A stretch of 64,000 nucleotides of DNA from an uncultured Ohtaekwangia sp. (GCA_964436055.1 CAYTBO010000003.1:537-64536); one strand, 5' to 3'. Shown: positions 26,000-35,737, counted from the first letter of the stretch. Notes: generated by a model from the sequence alone, not told the origin. Made by a program: numbers and translations.

Positions 26000-28816
26000 A
26001 TGTCAAAGCGCATTTTCCTTTTGGTTGTTTTAACCTCTCTCACTTTTCTTACTATGGCACAATATGGTAGCATTACCGGGAAGGTAATTGATGCCGGCAA
26101 TAAAGAAGCTGTTATTGGTGCAAATGCGGTAATTCAAGGAACCACTGTAGGGGCTGCTACTGACCTTGATGGCAATTTCACAATCGCCAATCTGAAGCCT
26201 GGAACATACACTGTAGCGGTGTCTTTCGTTACGTATAAAACACATATTATCCCGGATTTAGAAGTTGAGCCTGGCAAAATTGTGTCGGTGGAGATAGAGT
26301 TAAATGAAGACGCCACTGAACTTGAAGAAGTGGTTGTAACCGGAAATAGACAGATAAATACAGACTATAACTTGGTGGCTGCAATAAGAGAAAGCAAGCT
26401 TGTAGTGAGCGGAATTTCGGCACAACAGATTTCGCGTGTACCTGACCGCGATGCAGCTCAGGTTATGCAACGAGTGCCCGGTATCAGTATTGTAGACAAT
26501 CGCTTTGTGATGATTCGCGGTGTGAGTGAGCGGTACAATCAGGTGATGATTAACAACGTGATTGGCCCAAGCACCGAAGTTGACAAACGTTCTTTTTCTT
26601 TTGATTTGATACCTAGCGGAGCCATAGACCAGATTTTAATTTACAAGTCTGGAAGTGCAGATATTCCGGGTGATTTTGCCGGGGGAATTGTTCAGGTGGT
26701 GACCCGTCAATACAATGACGAAAACTATTTTAAGTTCAACACTTCCCTGGGCATGAGAGCCGGAACAACATTTAACGATTTTAGTAAGAGCCAGGGTAGT
26801 GCTACGGATAGACTGGGTTTCGACAACGGCTTCCGCTCCTTACCAGCTTCTTTTCCTTCTACAGCTGCCACGGCTGAATCATCTCGCACATCGGAGCTAC
26901 GGCAAACTGCTGGTCGCTCTTTAAGAAATAACTTTGATTTCAGTACAACCAACGCACCAGTAGATTTCGGTTTTGGATTTGAACTTTCACAAGGCTTCAA
27001 TATAGGTCGCGTTAAGGTAGGCACAATCACCAATGTGGCTTACTCTAACTCCTATCAAAACCGGGAAGTAAAATTTCAGCGCTGGTTGTTTGACTCGCAA
27101 AGCATTGAGGAACGTTTTAACTTCAACGATACCTACTCTGAAAATGATGTGCGGATAAGCGGTCTTTCAAACTGGAGGGCTACCGTAGGAAACTCACGCT
27201 TCGAGTTTAAAAATCTTGTTAATTTATCAGGCGAAGACCAAACTATTTTGCGAGAGGGTCAGGATGTATTTTTGAATACGGATCGCCTTTTCCGCAATTA
27301 TTCTTATCACTACCAGAGTCGTTTAATTTATACTGGGCAATTGCAGGGAACACACAAACTGGCTGATAACTCTCTTATTATTGATTGGGTGGGTGGTTAT
27401 AATTTTGTTAATCGCAACGAACCTGACTTCCGAAGATTCCGAACCTTCCGCCTCATTTCCTCTGGCGAAGAAACCTTTCAGATTCAATTGCCACCCAGTG
27501 CCAATTTATTTGAAACTGGTCGCTTTTACTCTGATCTGCAGGACAAAGGATTTTCGTATGGTGTAAACATCGAAAAGAAATTTGGGGATGTAAACAGCAA
27601 ACGCATACCCTCAATTAAGGCGGGCTATTACGCGGAATCAAAAAACCGCGATTTTAATGCCCGCTATGTTTCATACCTGTATCCAAGTTTTTTTGATCCG
27701 GCAGAAGGGGAGCGTTTAATACGCTTGCCCTTAAGTGATGTGTTTGCACCAGAAAACATTAGAACACAAGATGGGTTTGTAATTGAAGAAGGTACCCGCC
27801 CTTCTGATACCTATACAGGTACAAATTTTCTGACAGCGGGCTATGTTATGGGAACCTTGCCTGCAGGGAAGTTTGATCTCACCGCTGGCCTTCGTCTGGA
27901 AAACAACATTCAAAAACTGAATACAATTGGTGTTGACGGCCCTATAGAAGTCAATAATCCAATATTGTCTGTTTTGCCTTCCCTAAACACGGCTTATAAT
28001 ATAACCGATCGTTCATTATTTCGTCTTGCCTATTCACGCACCGTTAACAGACCAGAGTTTCGCGAGTTAGCACCGTTTTTATATTACGATTTTGAACTTG
28101 AACAAGGTATTCAGGGAAATCCTAATTTGTTGACAGCTACCATTGACAACGTTGACTTGCGCTGGGAAATGTATCCAAATCCGGGCGAAACTATTAGTGT
28201 TGGTGCCTTTTACAAAGCATTCGATGACCCGATCGAATCAATTTTAATCCTTACCACCGAAGCCCCACAATCGACCTATGGAAATGCAGATTTTGCAAAC
28301 TCTTATGGCGTTGAGGTGGAATTCAAAAAATCACTTTCCAGCCTCGGGGTGTCGCGCTTTTTACGAAACACAACCGTAAATATGAATGCATCCTTTATTT
28401 TTTCAGAAGTTGATCTGGGATCGCAGGCTACAGCACAAAAACAGGTACGTCAGTTGCAGGGGCAATCGCCTTATCTAATTAATACAGGGTTGTATTATAC
28501 CGATGATGAAAATCAACTTGCGGTCTCAGCAGCCTATAATGTCTTTGGACCTCGTATTTTTGCCGTTGGTGATGTAAACTTCCCGTCCATTTATGAATTG
28601 CCACGGCACTCCATAGATTTACAAATTTCTAAACAGTTTGGCAAAATTGAAACTAAACTGAATATCCAAAATCTGGTGAATGCCAGGTATCGCTTTTATC
28701 AGGATACTGATGTAGATAATAAAATTGACACCGACGGTGGCCGTGATGTTCCCATTCTGGCATATACAATTGGTCAACAATTTAGCCTAAGCTTAGGTTA
28801 TAAGATTGGTCGCTAA
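26000..28816 (+). CDS. TonB-dependent receptor with N-terminal carboxypeptidase-regulatory-like domain
   Basis: Signal peptide, GSITGKVID..GAATDLDGNF, TonB box LEEVVVTG, plug region FVMIRG..YNQVMIN, C-terminal aromatic strand FSLSLGYKI. Confidence 0.93.
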   Translation: MSKRIFLLVVLTSLTFLTMAQYGSITGKVIDAGNKEAVIGANAVIQGTTVGAATDLDGNFTIANLKPGTYTVAVSFVTYKTHIIPDLEVEPGKIVSVEIELNEDATELEEVVVTGNRQINTDYNLVAAIRESKLVVSGISAQQISRVPDRDAAQVMQRVPGISIVDNRFVMIRGVSERYNQVMINNVIGPSTEVDKRSFSFDLIPSGAIDQILIYKSGSADIPGDFAGGIVQVVTRQYNDENYFKFNTSLGMRAGTTFNDFSKSQGSATDRLGFDNGFRSLPASFPSTAATAESSRTSELRQTAGRSLRNNFDFSTTNAPVDFGFGFELSQGFNIGRVKVGTITNVAYSNSYQNREVKFQRWLFDSQSIEERFNFNDTYSENDVRISGLSNWRATVGNSRFEFKNLVNLSGEDQTILREGQDVFLNTDRLFRNYSYHYQSRLIYTGQLQGTHKLADNSLIIDWVGGYNFVNRNEPDFRRFRTFRLISSGEETFQIQLPPSANLFETGRFYSDLQDKGFSYGVNIEKKFGDVNSKRIPSIKAGYYAESKNRDFNARYVSYLYPSFFDPAEGERLIRLPLSDVFAPENIRTQDGFVIEEGTRPSDTYTGTNFLTAGYVMGTLPAGKFDLTAGLRLENNIQKLNTIGVDGPIEVNNPILSVLPSLNTAYNITDRSLFRLAYSRTVNRPEFRELAPFLYYDFELEQGIQGNPNLLTATIDNVDLRWEMYPNPGETISVGAFYKAFDDPIESILILTTEAPQSTYGNADFANSYGVEVEFKKSLSSLGVSRFLRNTTVNMNASFIFSEVDLGSQATAQKQVRQLQGQSPYLINTGLYYTDDENQLAVSAAYNVFGPRIFAVGDVNFPSIYELPRHSIDLQISKQFGKIETKLNIQNLVNARYRFYQDTDVDNKIDTDGGRDVPILAYTIGQQFSLSLGYKIGR

Positions 28817-28894
28817 GTCAAAACACAAAAAAATATTTGGGGGAAGCACTATCCTGATGACGCTTATTTTTTTGTTAAGAAACCATGAAATCCA

Positions 28895-28960
28895 TAACCT
28901 TCCGGTAACAAATTGATAACTGCCTTGTCATTAACTGGCAGAAAGTACAGTCTAAATTTG
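28895..28960 (+). promoter_or_regulatory. Promoter of the lipoprotein gene with 11-bp direct-repeat array (OmpR/PhoB-like)
   Basis: TAAC at 28895, 28906 and 28917, TGTCAT in register (TCAT at 28928); -7 element TAAATTTG at 28953-28960. Confidence 0.7.
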
Positions 28961-28996
28961 GGCCTAAATTATAATCTCTAACAAAATAATTAACTC

Positions 28997-31012
28997 ATGA
29001 AAAAAACGCTTTCACTTTTGGCCTTCTTCGTGGCTGTAGCAGCTATGGTAGTAATGCAAAGTTGCAAGGATGACGATGACCCTGTTATTCTTCCACCCAC
29101 ATTAACGGCACCAGCCAGTGTTGCATTCGTACAGATTGGCGGAGAAGCAGATGTTACATTCGCCTTCACAGCTCCCGGAGGGTTTGCTGCTGCAACGGTA
29201 GCAGCAACCGGAGGTTCCGCTACGGTGAAGACAGCACCTACAGTTGGAGCTACAGAAGGCTCAGTTGTAGTTGAATACACTGCAGATAATACCGCAGGTG
29301 CAGGAACGGTAGTTCTAACGTTAAGTGACAGTGAAGGGCAATCAACAAGCCAGACTGCTGCGATAAATAAGACGATCAGCGCACCTCCTTCATTGACCTT
29401 AAGTCTTACTACTGCTGAAGCAGCTCAGGGTTCAAGTGTAGAAGTTTCAGTGGTTGTTACTGCTGCCAATGGTGTTAAAACATTAACAGTTACTGGAGCA
29501 ACTTCAACGCCTGCTAGCCCCATTACTTTAACAGGTGCTTCACCGCTAACTCAAACCGTTTCTATTGTAGTTCCTGCAACCGCAGTAGTGGGTTCTACAA
29601 TCACCGCTGTATTTACAACTACTGATGAGCAGGATTTAGTTTCTTCACCCGTTGCATTAGAAATTACAGTGTTGGATGCTACTATCATATTAAGCGGTGA
29701 TCTAACAACGCAGACGCTTGATGCTGCTCAGAGATACCTCATCCGTGGACAAACCTTTGTTCCAGACGGTGTAACGATCACGATTCCTGCAGGCACAGTT
29801 CTTTTTGGTGAAAAAGCTACGAAAGGTACGCTTGTTGTAGAACGCGGTGGCAAAATCTTGGCCAATGGCACAGTCGAAGCTCCTGTGGTAATGACTTCCA
29901 ATCAGGCAGTAAATGCACGCGACAGAGGTGACTGGGGTGGTTTGGTTATCTTAGGAAAAGCCTTTACGAATCAGCCTAACCCTGCTATCGAAGGAATTTC
30001 TCCGGCTGTGAATTTTGGTGCAGCCGATCGTGCCAACGACACAGATAATTCTGGCGTGTACAAGTATCTGCGCGTAGAATATGCCGGTATTGAACTTACC
30101 CCCAACAACGAAACTAATGGTATAACTATGGGTGGAGTTGGTAACGGAACAGTTATGGAATATATGCAGGTTTCGTTTGGTGGTGATGATAGTTTCGAAT
30201 GGTTTGGTGGTTCAGTGAATGGTAGATATTTGATAGCCCTCTCAACATGGGATGATGATTTTGATTGCGATTTCGGATGGAGTGGTAATATTCAGTTCGG
30301 CCTTGCAGTACGCAACCCATTTGCAGCAGATCAATCGCAATCAAACGCGTTTGAAAATGACAATGGACCTAATGACAACGATACCGGAGCAGGCACTTAC
30401 ACAACCGGAACTTTCTCTAACATTACAGTGTACGGTCCTATTGATAGAACAGGTCGTTCAATTTCTGCCAACAATGTACACTCAATGGATTTGAGAAGAA
30501 GAAATGCTACATCAATTTTCAACTCAGTTATTGGTGGTTTCCCTACAGGTCTAAGAATGAACCAAAACTCAGTTTATGCGCAGTATACCAGCGGTACGCC
30601 TAATGGAGTTTTGGCCAATAATATCCTGATTGCTCCAGTTGCTACGAGCTTTGCAATTGGTAGTGGCGTTAGCTTTACAGCTACTGATCTGCAGACGTAT
30701 TGGAATGCAGCCAATAGCACATTGACAATTCCAGCAGCAGCCGATGAGGCAACGTTTTATACGAATCTGGGTCTGAGAATCGATAACTTCTTCGCTCGTT
30801 CGACTACCAGCACGTATCCATCGGACCCTGACTTTACACTTACAAGTGGCACGCCAACACTTTCCACAGGTGCAAGTTTTGCCAATGCTAAGTTTGATGA
30901 GCCAGGCAGATCCGGATTTTTTAACGAAACTGTTACCTACCGCGGTGCTTTCGGCACTACTGATTGGACTAACGGTTGGTCAGAATTCCGCCCGATTGAA
31001 AAAGTTTATTAA
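28997..31012 (+). CDS. Surface lipoprotein with Ig-like repeats and a probable beta-helix domain
   Basis: Lipobox MQSC followed by KDDDD; Thr/Ala-rich repeats; GDWGGLVILG, YLRVEYAG, DDSFEWFGG, DDDFD.DFGW, YRGAFG..DW..GW motifs. Confidence 0.85.
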   Translation: MKKTLSLLAFFVAVAAMVVMQSCKDDDDPVILPPTLTAPASVAFVQIGGEADVTFAFTAPGGFAAATVAATGGSATVKTAPTVGATEGSVVVEYTADNTAGAGTVVLTLSDSEGQSTSQTAAINKTISAPPSLTLSLTTAEAAQGSSVEVSVVVTAANGVKTLTVTGATSTPASPITLTGASPLTQTVSIVVPATAVVGSTITAVFTTTDEQDLVSSPVALEITVLDATIILSGDLTTQTLDAAQRYLIRGQTFVPDGVTITIPAGTVLFGEKATKGTLVVERGGKILANGTVEAPVVMTSNQAVNARDRGDWGGLVILGKAFTNQPNPAIEGISPAVNFGAADRANDTDNSGVYKYLRVEYAGIELTPNNETNGITMGGVGNGTVMEYMQVSFGGDDSFEWFGGSVNGRYLIALSTWDDDFDCDFGWSGNIQFGLAVRNPFAADQSQSNAFENDNGPNDNDTGAGTYTTGTFSNITVYGPIDRTGRSISANNVHSMDLRRRNATSIFNSVIGGFPTGLRMNQNSVYAQYTSGTPNGVLANNILIAPVATSFAIGSGVSFTATDLQTYWNAANSTLTIPAAADEATFYTNLGLRIDNFFARSTTSTYPSDPDFTLTSGTPTLSTGASFANAKFDEPGRSGFFNETVTYRGAFGTTDWTNGWSEFRPIEKVY

Positions 31013-31031
31013 TATTTAATTTTTATAGGGT

Positions 31032-31065
31032 AGAAAGACCTGCTGAAAGCAGGTCTTTCTTTTTT
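31032..31065 (+). terminator. Rho-independent terminator
   Basis: AGAAAGACCTGCT-GAA-AGCAGGTCTTTCT perfect 13-bp stem plus T run, 19 nt after the lipoprotein stop. Confidence 0.9.
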
Positions 31066-31076
31066 AATTTTGCTCC

Positions 31077-31661
31077 ATGAAATTGAAACACATCATTCTC
31101 CTCACTATTATTCTTGCGGCATGCGAAACTAAAGTATCTTACATTCCTGAAGAACAATTGACCCCTCAACGCCAGGATGTAGTGATGTCTAAAATAATCC
31201 GGTATGTGGGCAGAAAACCTGATAAAGCTACTGACTCAACTAAATTTTTATCAAAACACGATGAGCATTACCTGGCGCAGATGGCTAAACACAAACTGAA
31301 TCTGTATTTTGTAAACGATGAAAAAGATCATTTCTTTTTAATCAGCCGCATCGCTCCGAGTATACACGTAAAGCATGTAGCTACAGGAGGTAGATTTAAA
31401 ATGAGCGAGATGGATAGCCTGGTTGAGTATGAAGAAATTTTCCGCACCTGGAAAATGCCCTATGATACATTGATGAATCGAGCAGGCCTTTTGTTCGATA
31501 AAATGGTGAAAGGCGAATCGTTGGAATCTTACTTCACTAAAAACTCAGGTGGCGTTGAGTACATTGAGTTTCCGGATGATAATGTATACTACGATAAGCA
31601 GGCCCGTAAATGGAAATCAAAACAGTTTAGATCAGTGGAGGAAATGGTTGGTGTTGAATAA
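31077..31661 (+). CDS. Hypothetical lipoprotein
   Basis: Lipobox LAAC; 194-aa ORF with no recognised family. Confidence 0.7.
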   Translation: MKLKHIILLTIILAACETKVSYIPEEQLTPQRQDVVMSKIIRYVGRKPDKATDSTKFLSKHDEHYLAQMAKHKLNLYFVNDEKDHFFLISRIAPSIHVKHVATGGRFKMSEMDSLVEYEEIFRTWKMPYDTLMNRAGLLFDKMVKGESLESYFTKNSGGVEYIEFPDDNVYYDKQARKWKSKQFRSVEEMVGVE

Positions 31662-31666
31662 TCCGT

Positions 31667-32368
31667 TTAATTTATTTTCCGCTGCCGTTCTTTGTGCAAC
31701 TCAGTTACTTTTTTGATTTGCTCACCTGCCTGCGCCACAGAATCCTGTGCAAGCTTGTTGTTTTCAATTTCTTGTAGTAATACAGCGTGTTCAAAAGTAT
31801 TCTTTGAGAGCCTTTCTTCCAGCTTCACCTTTTCCTGTTCGTTGTTGCTCAATTGTATGGTTAAGTCTTTGTTCTGGTTCACCAGGCGTTGTGATTGTCG
31901 GGTGGTAGCATCGAAAGCACGCGTGGCTTCATCAATTTGTGCCTGTATCTTGTCTTTATAATATTTCACCCCAAAACGATATACCTCTTTTTCAAGATCG
32001 TTTTTTACGATAGTGATGTCGTTTACAACCCACTCGGCTTCTTTAAGCCCCAGCCAAACTTGTACGTTTTCTCCTTTCTCTTTAAGGTCAGCATAGATTG
32101 TACCTTTTGAATATACAGCGCCTCCCAATGCAGGAGAGGATATGCTGGTGAAGCCCGTGCCGATTTTTGCTTTTCCAAAATCTTTCAGGAATTTATTCCA
32201 GGCGAGTAACACCTCTTCTTTCTTTCCTTCCAGCGTGGTGGCAAATCCTTCAGCCTCTTCACCATTTATTTTTTGATTTTCTTTTTCTGTCGTCACCTTT
32301 TGTGCCAACAAGGGGCTGCAGATGGCAAGGCTAAGTAATATGAAACTAAACTTATTACTATTCATCAT
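31667..32368 (-). CDS. Hypothetical exported protein with C-terminal coiled coil
   Basis: Signal peptide; heptad-like Q/E/K-rich C-terminal half. Confidence 0.7.
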   Translation of the reverse strand: MMNSNKFSFILLSLAICSPLLAQKVTTEKENQKINGEEAEGFATTLEGKKEEVLLAWNKFLKDFGKAKIGTGFTSISSPALGGAVYSKGTIYADLKEKGENVQVWLGLKEAEWVVNDITIVKNDLEKEVYRFGVKYYKDKIQAQIDEATRAFDATTRQSQRLVNQNKDLTIQLSNNEQEKVKLEERLSKNTFEHAVLLQEIENNKLAQDSVAQAGEQIKKVTELHKERQRKIN

Positions 32369-32451
32369 GTTATTAATCTTAGTTAATCCTAAGGAAGGTA
32401 TTTAATGTATTAAACCTAAATTCGTCAGGCTCAAAGCTACTAATTATCCAA

Positions 32452-33363
32452 ATGCATAAAAATGTACTTATTTCCGGGGCATCTGGTTTGGTAGGCACCC
32501 GGCTTACGGAACTTTTAAAGCAAAAAGACTACCAGATTTCACATTTATCCCGCAGCAACAAAGAAGGAGCAATCCCGGTATTTCAGTGGAATGTAAAAGA
32601 TGGAACAGTAGACGAGGGTGCATTGACTGGCGTGTATTCAATAATTCATTTGGCAGGAGCCGGCATTGCCGATAAGGCATGGACAAGGGAAAGGAAAAAG
32701 GAAATATTGGAGAGCAGAACCAAATCAACCCAATTGTTATTCAAAACGCTAAAAGAAAGAACGCATGGCGTGAAAACCTTTGTCAGTGCATCGGCCATTG
32801 GTTATTATGGTTTTGGGGGTGACGAAAAAGTATTTCAAGAAGAAGGCTCACCTGCAAATGATTTTCTGGCAGATGTGGTGCGGCAATGGGAAGCGTCAGT
32901 GGATGAAATTGCTTCATTGGGAATTAGGGTTGTTAAAATCAGGATCGGGATCTTGTTGAGCAAGAATGGTGGGGCACTAGCTGAAATGATTAAACCTATC
33001 AGATTCGGCTTTGGTTCTCCGCTCGGATCTGGGTCACAAATCATGAGCTGGATTCACATGGATGATGTGTGTGGAATTTTCATCAAAGCCATTGAAGACG
33101 AAAATATGAAGGGTGTTTATAATGCGGTGAGTCCAAACCCGGCTACCAATGATGAACTGATGCGCGCGGCAGCGCGTGCTACGAATAAGCCATTTTGGGT
33201 GCCTAGTGTACCGTCCTTTGTGCTGAAGGTAATTCTCGGTGAAATGGCTGATCTTGTTCTGAAAGGGAGCAGGGTTTCTGCAGAAAAAATTCAAAACGCA
33301 GGCTATGAGTTTCTACATCCTGATCTGGATGGAGCACTCAAAGACCTGCTTCAAAAAGGGTAA
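32452..33363 (+). CDS. TIGR01777 family oxidoreductase/epimerase (YfcH-like)
   Basis: ISGASGLVG, IIHLAGAGI, SASAIGYYG, GSGSQIMSWIHMDD and SAEKI motifs. Confidence 0.93.
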   Translation: MHKNVLISGASGLVGTRLTELLKQKDYQISHLSRSNKEGAIPVFQWNVKDGTVDEGALTGVYSIIHLAGAGIADKAWTRERKKEILESRTKSTQLLFKTLKERTHGVKTFVSASAIGYYGFGGDEKVFQEEGSPANDFLADVVRQWEASVDEIASLGIRVVKIRIGILLSKNGGALAEMIKPIRFGFGSPLGSGSQIMSWIHMDDVCGIFIKAIEDENMKGVYNAVSPNPATNDELMRAAARATNKPFWVPSVPSFVLKVILGEMADLVLKGSRVSAEKIQNAGYEFLHPDLDGALKDLLQKG

Positions 33364-33366
33364 TCC

Positions 33367-33651
33367 TTAGCTGGCAATTTTTGCCTCTTCAATAATGTCT
33401 ACCGTTTCAGCTTTTTTGCCTTTGGCTTTTACCGATTTTTTAGGCTTTACGCTTTTTATCGTTTCGGCTTTTTTGTTCTTCTTATAAAGTTTTTTCAACT
33501 CCTTTTTAATGGCACTAGTCAGCTTCCGGGATGTTTTCTTTAACACTTTTTTTGTTTTTCTGGATGTTTTATTGATTTCCAGTTTTTCCAGTGCGCTCGA
33601 AACGGATTCTTCGACTTTTGAGCGTATTTCTTTCTTTGAGATAGGGTCCAT
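33367..33651 (-). CDS. Small lysine-rich basic protein (histone-H1-like composition)
   Basis: 28 Lys in 94 aa; repeated KTSRK, KSVK and KKAET; own -7 element on the minus strand (plus-strand CAAATGTA 33670-33677). Confidence 0.7.
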   Translation of the reverse strand: MDPISKKEIRSKVEESVSSALEKLEINKTSRKTKKVLKKTSRKLTSAIKKELKKLYKKNKKAETIKSVKPKKSVKAKGKKAETVDIIEEAKIAS

Positions 33652-33833
33652 AAATAATGCTATTTAAATCAAATGTAAGTTATGTTATGCAATAGTTACA
33701 GACCCTACAAAAAACTTAACATTAAACTAACATTGATAAAGGTTAGTGGTTGAGAATGAATAAGTTACAAAATGAATTAGATTGAAGAACTGTTAACATG
33801 CATTGTAAATGTGAGGGTATAAATAACAGTTGT

Positions 33834-33935
33834 TTAATGGCGAATTTTCATCAGAGCAACTTGAGTAAGATACATTTGCTCATCAACATCTTCTTCTTCT
33901 GGGTAGGGCAGGCGTTCCAGTCTGCCTTTTTTCAT
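33834..33935 (-). CDS. Candidate 33-aa small protein (not in ORF track)
   Basis: MKKGRLERLPYPEEEDVDEQMYLTQVALMKIRH*; A-rich start context GTAGTAAA-ATG; fills an otherwise empty gap. Confidence 0.4.
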   Translation of the reverse strand: MKKGRLERLPYPEEEDVDEQMYLTQVALMKIRH

Positions 33936-34024
33936 TTTACTACGATTACATAGCTCTAAACCTTTTTTTGAATTACGTTGCCTCTATTAGGGTTATATTT
34001 GCGGGTATTTAAATAGGGATTAAT

Positions 34025-34759
34025 ATGGAAAAAGAGGTTAAGAAATCATCTTTGACCGCAGACGAGCATAAAATCAGAAAGGCATTTAAGGACAAAGACT
34101 GGGCTGAAATCAAGAGTTCAGACTCTTGGGTAATTTTTAAGGTGATGTCTGAATTTGTGCAAGGGTTTGAAAAGTTGGCGAAAATCGGCCCTTGCGTTAC
34201 TATTTTTGGGTCGGCACGCACCGCTCCTGATCACGAGTACTATAAAACAGCAGAAGAAATTGCCTTTCAACTGGTAGCACATGGTTATGGCGTCATTACC
34301 GGTGGTGGACCAGGCATCATGGAAGCTGGAAATAAGGGAGCAAATCGCGCTGGCGGTAAAAGCGTGGGTTTAAATATTTTCTTACCCCATGAACAAAAAG
34401 GCAATGCGTATATCGATCCTGAAAAACTTATTTCATTTGATTATTTTTTTGTGCGAAAAGTAATGTTTGTGAAATATTCACAGGGATTTATCGTAATGCC
34501 TGGAGGCTTCGGTACGTTAGATGAATTATCAGAAGCACTTACCCTGATCCAGACAAATAAAATTGGAAGATTTCCGATTGTTCTGGTGGGCAAAAAATTC
34601 TGGGAGGGTGTGATGGAATGGTTTAAAGGAACTCTCGTGAATGAAAAAATGATTAACAAGGAAGATTTGAATCTCATTAACCTGGTGGATTCACCAAATG
34701 AAGCCGTGAAAGTGATTGATGACTTTTATGCTAAATACATCCTTTCACCTAATTTTTAA
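34025..34759 (+). CDS. LOG family protein (TIGR00730 Rossmann fold)
   Basis: TIFGSAR, ITGGGPGIMEA, YFFVRKVMF and PGGFGTLDE; TATATTTG promoter element at 33994-34001. Confidence 0.93.
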   Translation: MEKEVKKSSLTADEHKIRKAFKDKDWAEIKSSDSWVIFKVMSEFVQGFEKLAKIGPCVTIFGSARTAPDHEYYKTAEEIAFQLVAHGYGVITGGGPGIMEAGNKGANRAGGKSVGLNIFLPHEQKGNAYIDPEKLISFDYFFVRKVMFVKYSQGFIVMPGGFGTLDELSEALTLIQTNKIGRFPIVLVGKKFWEGVMEWFKGTLVNEKMINKEDLNLINLVDSPNEAVKVIDDFYAKYILSPNF

Positions 34760-34774
34760 ACTTTAAAACGGAAT

Positions 34775-35737
34775 GTGATGAGGGATTTTCTACAGAAGAA
34801 TAAAGTTGAGGTATTCGTTGTTCTTGGTTTAGGATTTTTACTTTTTCTGGTATTATTCATCAATAACCGAATCGATCGGATTGAGAAAATAATTGCGGGT
34901 CAGTATGTGCCAATAACTTTTGAACAAACGGGTGCTCCCGATGGCCCGCTTACAGCAATTTCTTATGACCTTCCCGAACAAATCTCTTTTGCCGGTGAAC
35001 CTGTGCCTATGAATAGATCAGACCTTCGGGAACAATTGGACAAAGAATTACAAATCAACATTTACTTTCATAGCAACACAATTTTTCTGATCAAGCGCGC
35101 CAATCAATGGTTGCCACAATTTGAAGCGATATTAAAAAAATATGATATTCCCGAGGATTTTAAATACCTCCCTTTAATTGAAAGCGGATTGCTCAACGTG
35201 GTATCTCCGGCAAACGCAGTTGGATATTGGCAGATTATCAAAAGCGCAGGAAAAGAGAATGGGTTGGAGATTTCCGAGGAAGTGGATGAGCGATATGACC
35301 CAATTAAGTCCACCGAAGCAGCTTGCAAATATATCCGCAAAGCGTACGAGCGCTTTGGTAACTGGACATTGGTTGCCGCATCGTACAACAGGGGGATGAG
35401 TGGCCTGGACAGAGCGATTCAGAAGCAAAAGGTAGATTCATATTATGAACTGTTTCTGAATGACGAGACAGCGCGATATGTTTTCAGAATTCTTGCCATA
35501 AAGCAAATAATAGAAAATCCGGAGTTGTATGGATTTAAAATTGATAAGCGCCATTTGTATCAGAGAGATTCGGTTCATTTTGTTACGGTTGATAATTCGA
35601 TTCCAGACCTAATAGATTTTGCGATTGAGCAGGGCACAACCTATAAGCTATTGAAAAGACATAACCCATGGTTGCGCGATGACAAACTCACCGTGCGTAG
35701 AAATGAAGTTTATAAAATTGCCCTGCCTGCTATATGA
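34775..35737 (+). CDS. Membrane-anchored lytic transglycosylase (SLT, MltD-like)
   Basis: YLPLIESG, AVGYWQ, STEAACKY and AASYNRG motifs; N-terminal transmembrane helix. Confidence 0.9.
   Translation: MMRDFLQKNKVEVFVVLGLGFLLFLVLFINNRIDRIEKIIAGQYVPITFEQTGAPDGPLTAISYDLPEQISFAGEPVPMNRSDLREQLDKELQINIYFHSNTIFLIKRANQWLPQFEAILKKYDIPEDFKYLPLIESGLLNVVSPANAVGYWQIIKSAGKENGLEISEEVDERYDPIKSTEAACKYIRKAYERFGNWTLVAASYNRGMSGLDRAIQKQKVDSYYELFLNDETARYVFRILAIKQIIENPELYGFKIDKRHLYQRDSVHFVTVDNSIPDLIDFAIEQGTTYKLLKRHNPWLRDDKLTVRRNEVYKIALPAI

Noticed and set aside
26000-31012. SusC/SusD polysaccharide utilisation locus
   Set aside because: The partner lipoprotein lacks SusD features and no CAZymes or sensor genes flank the pair.
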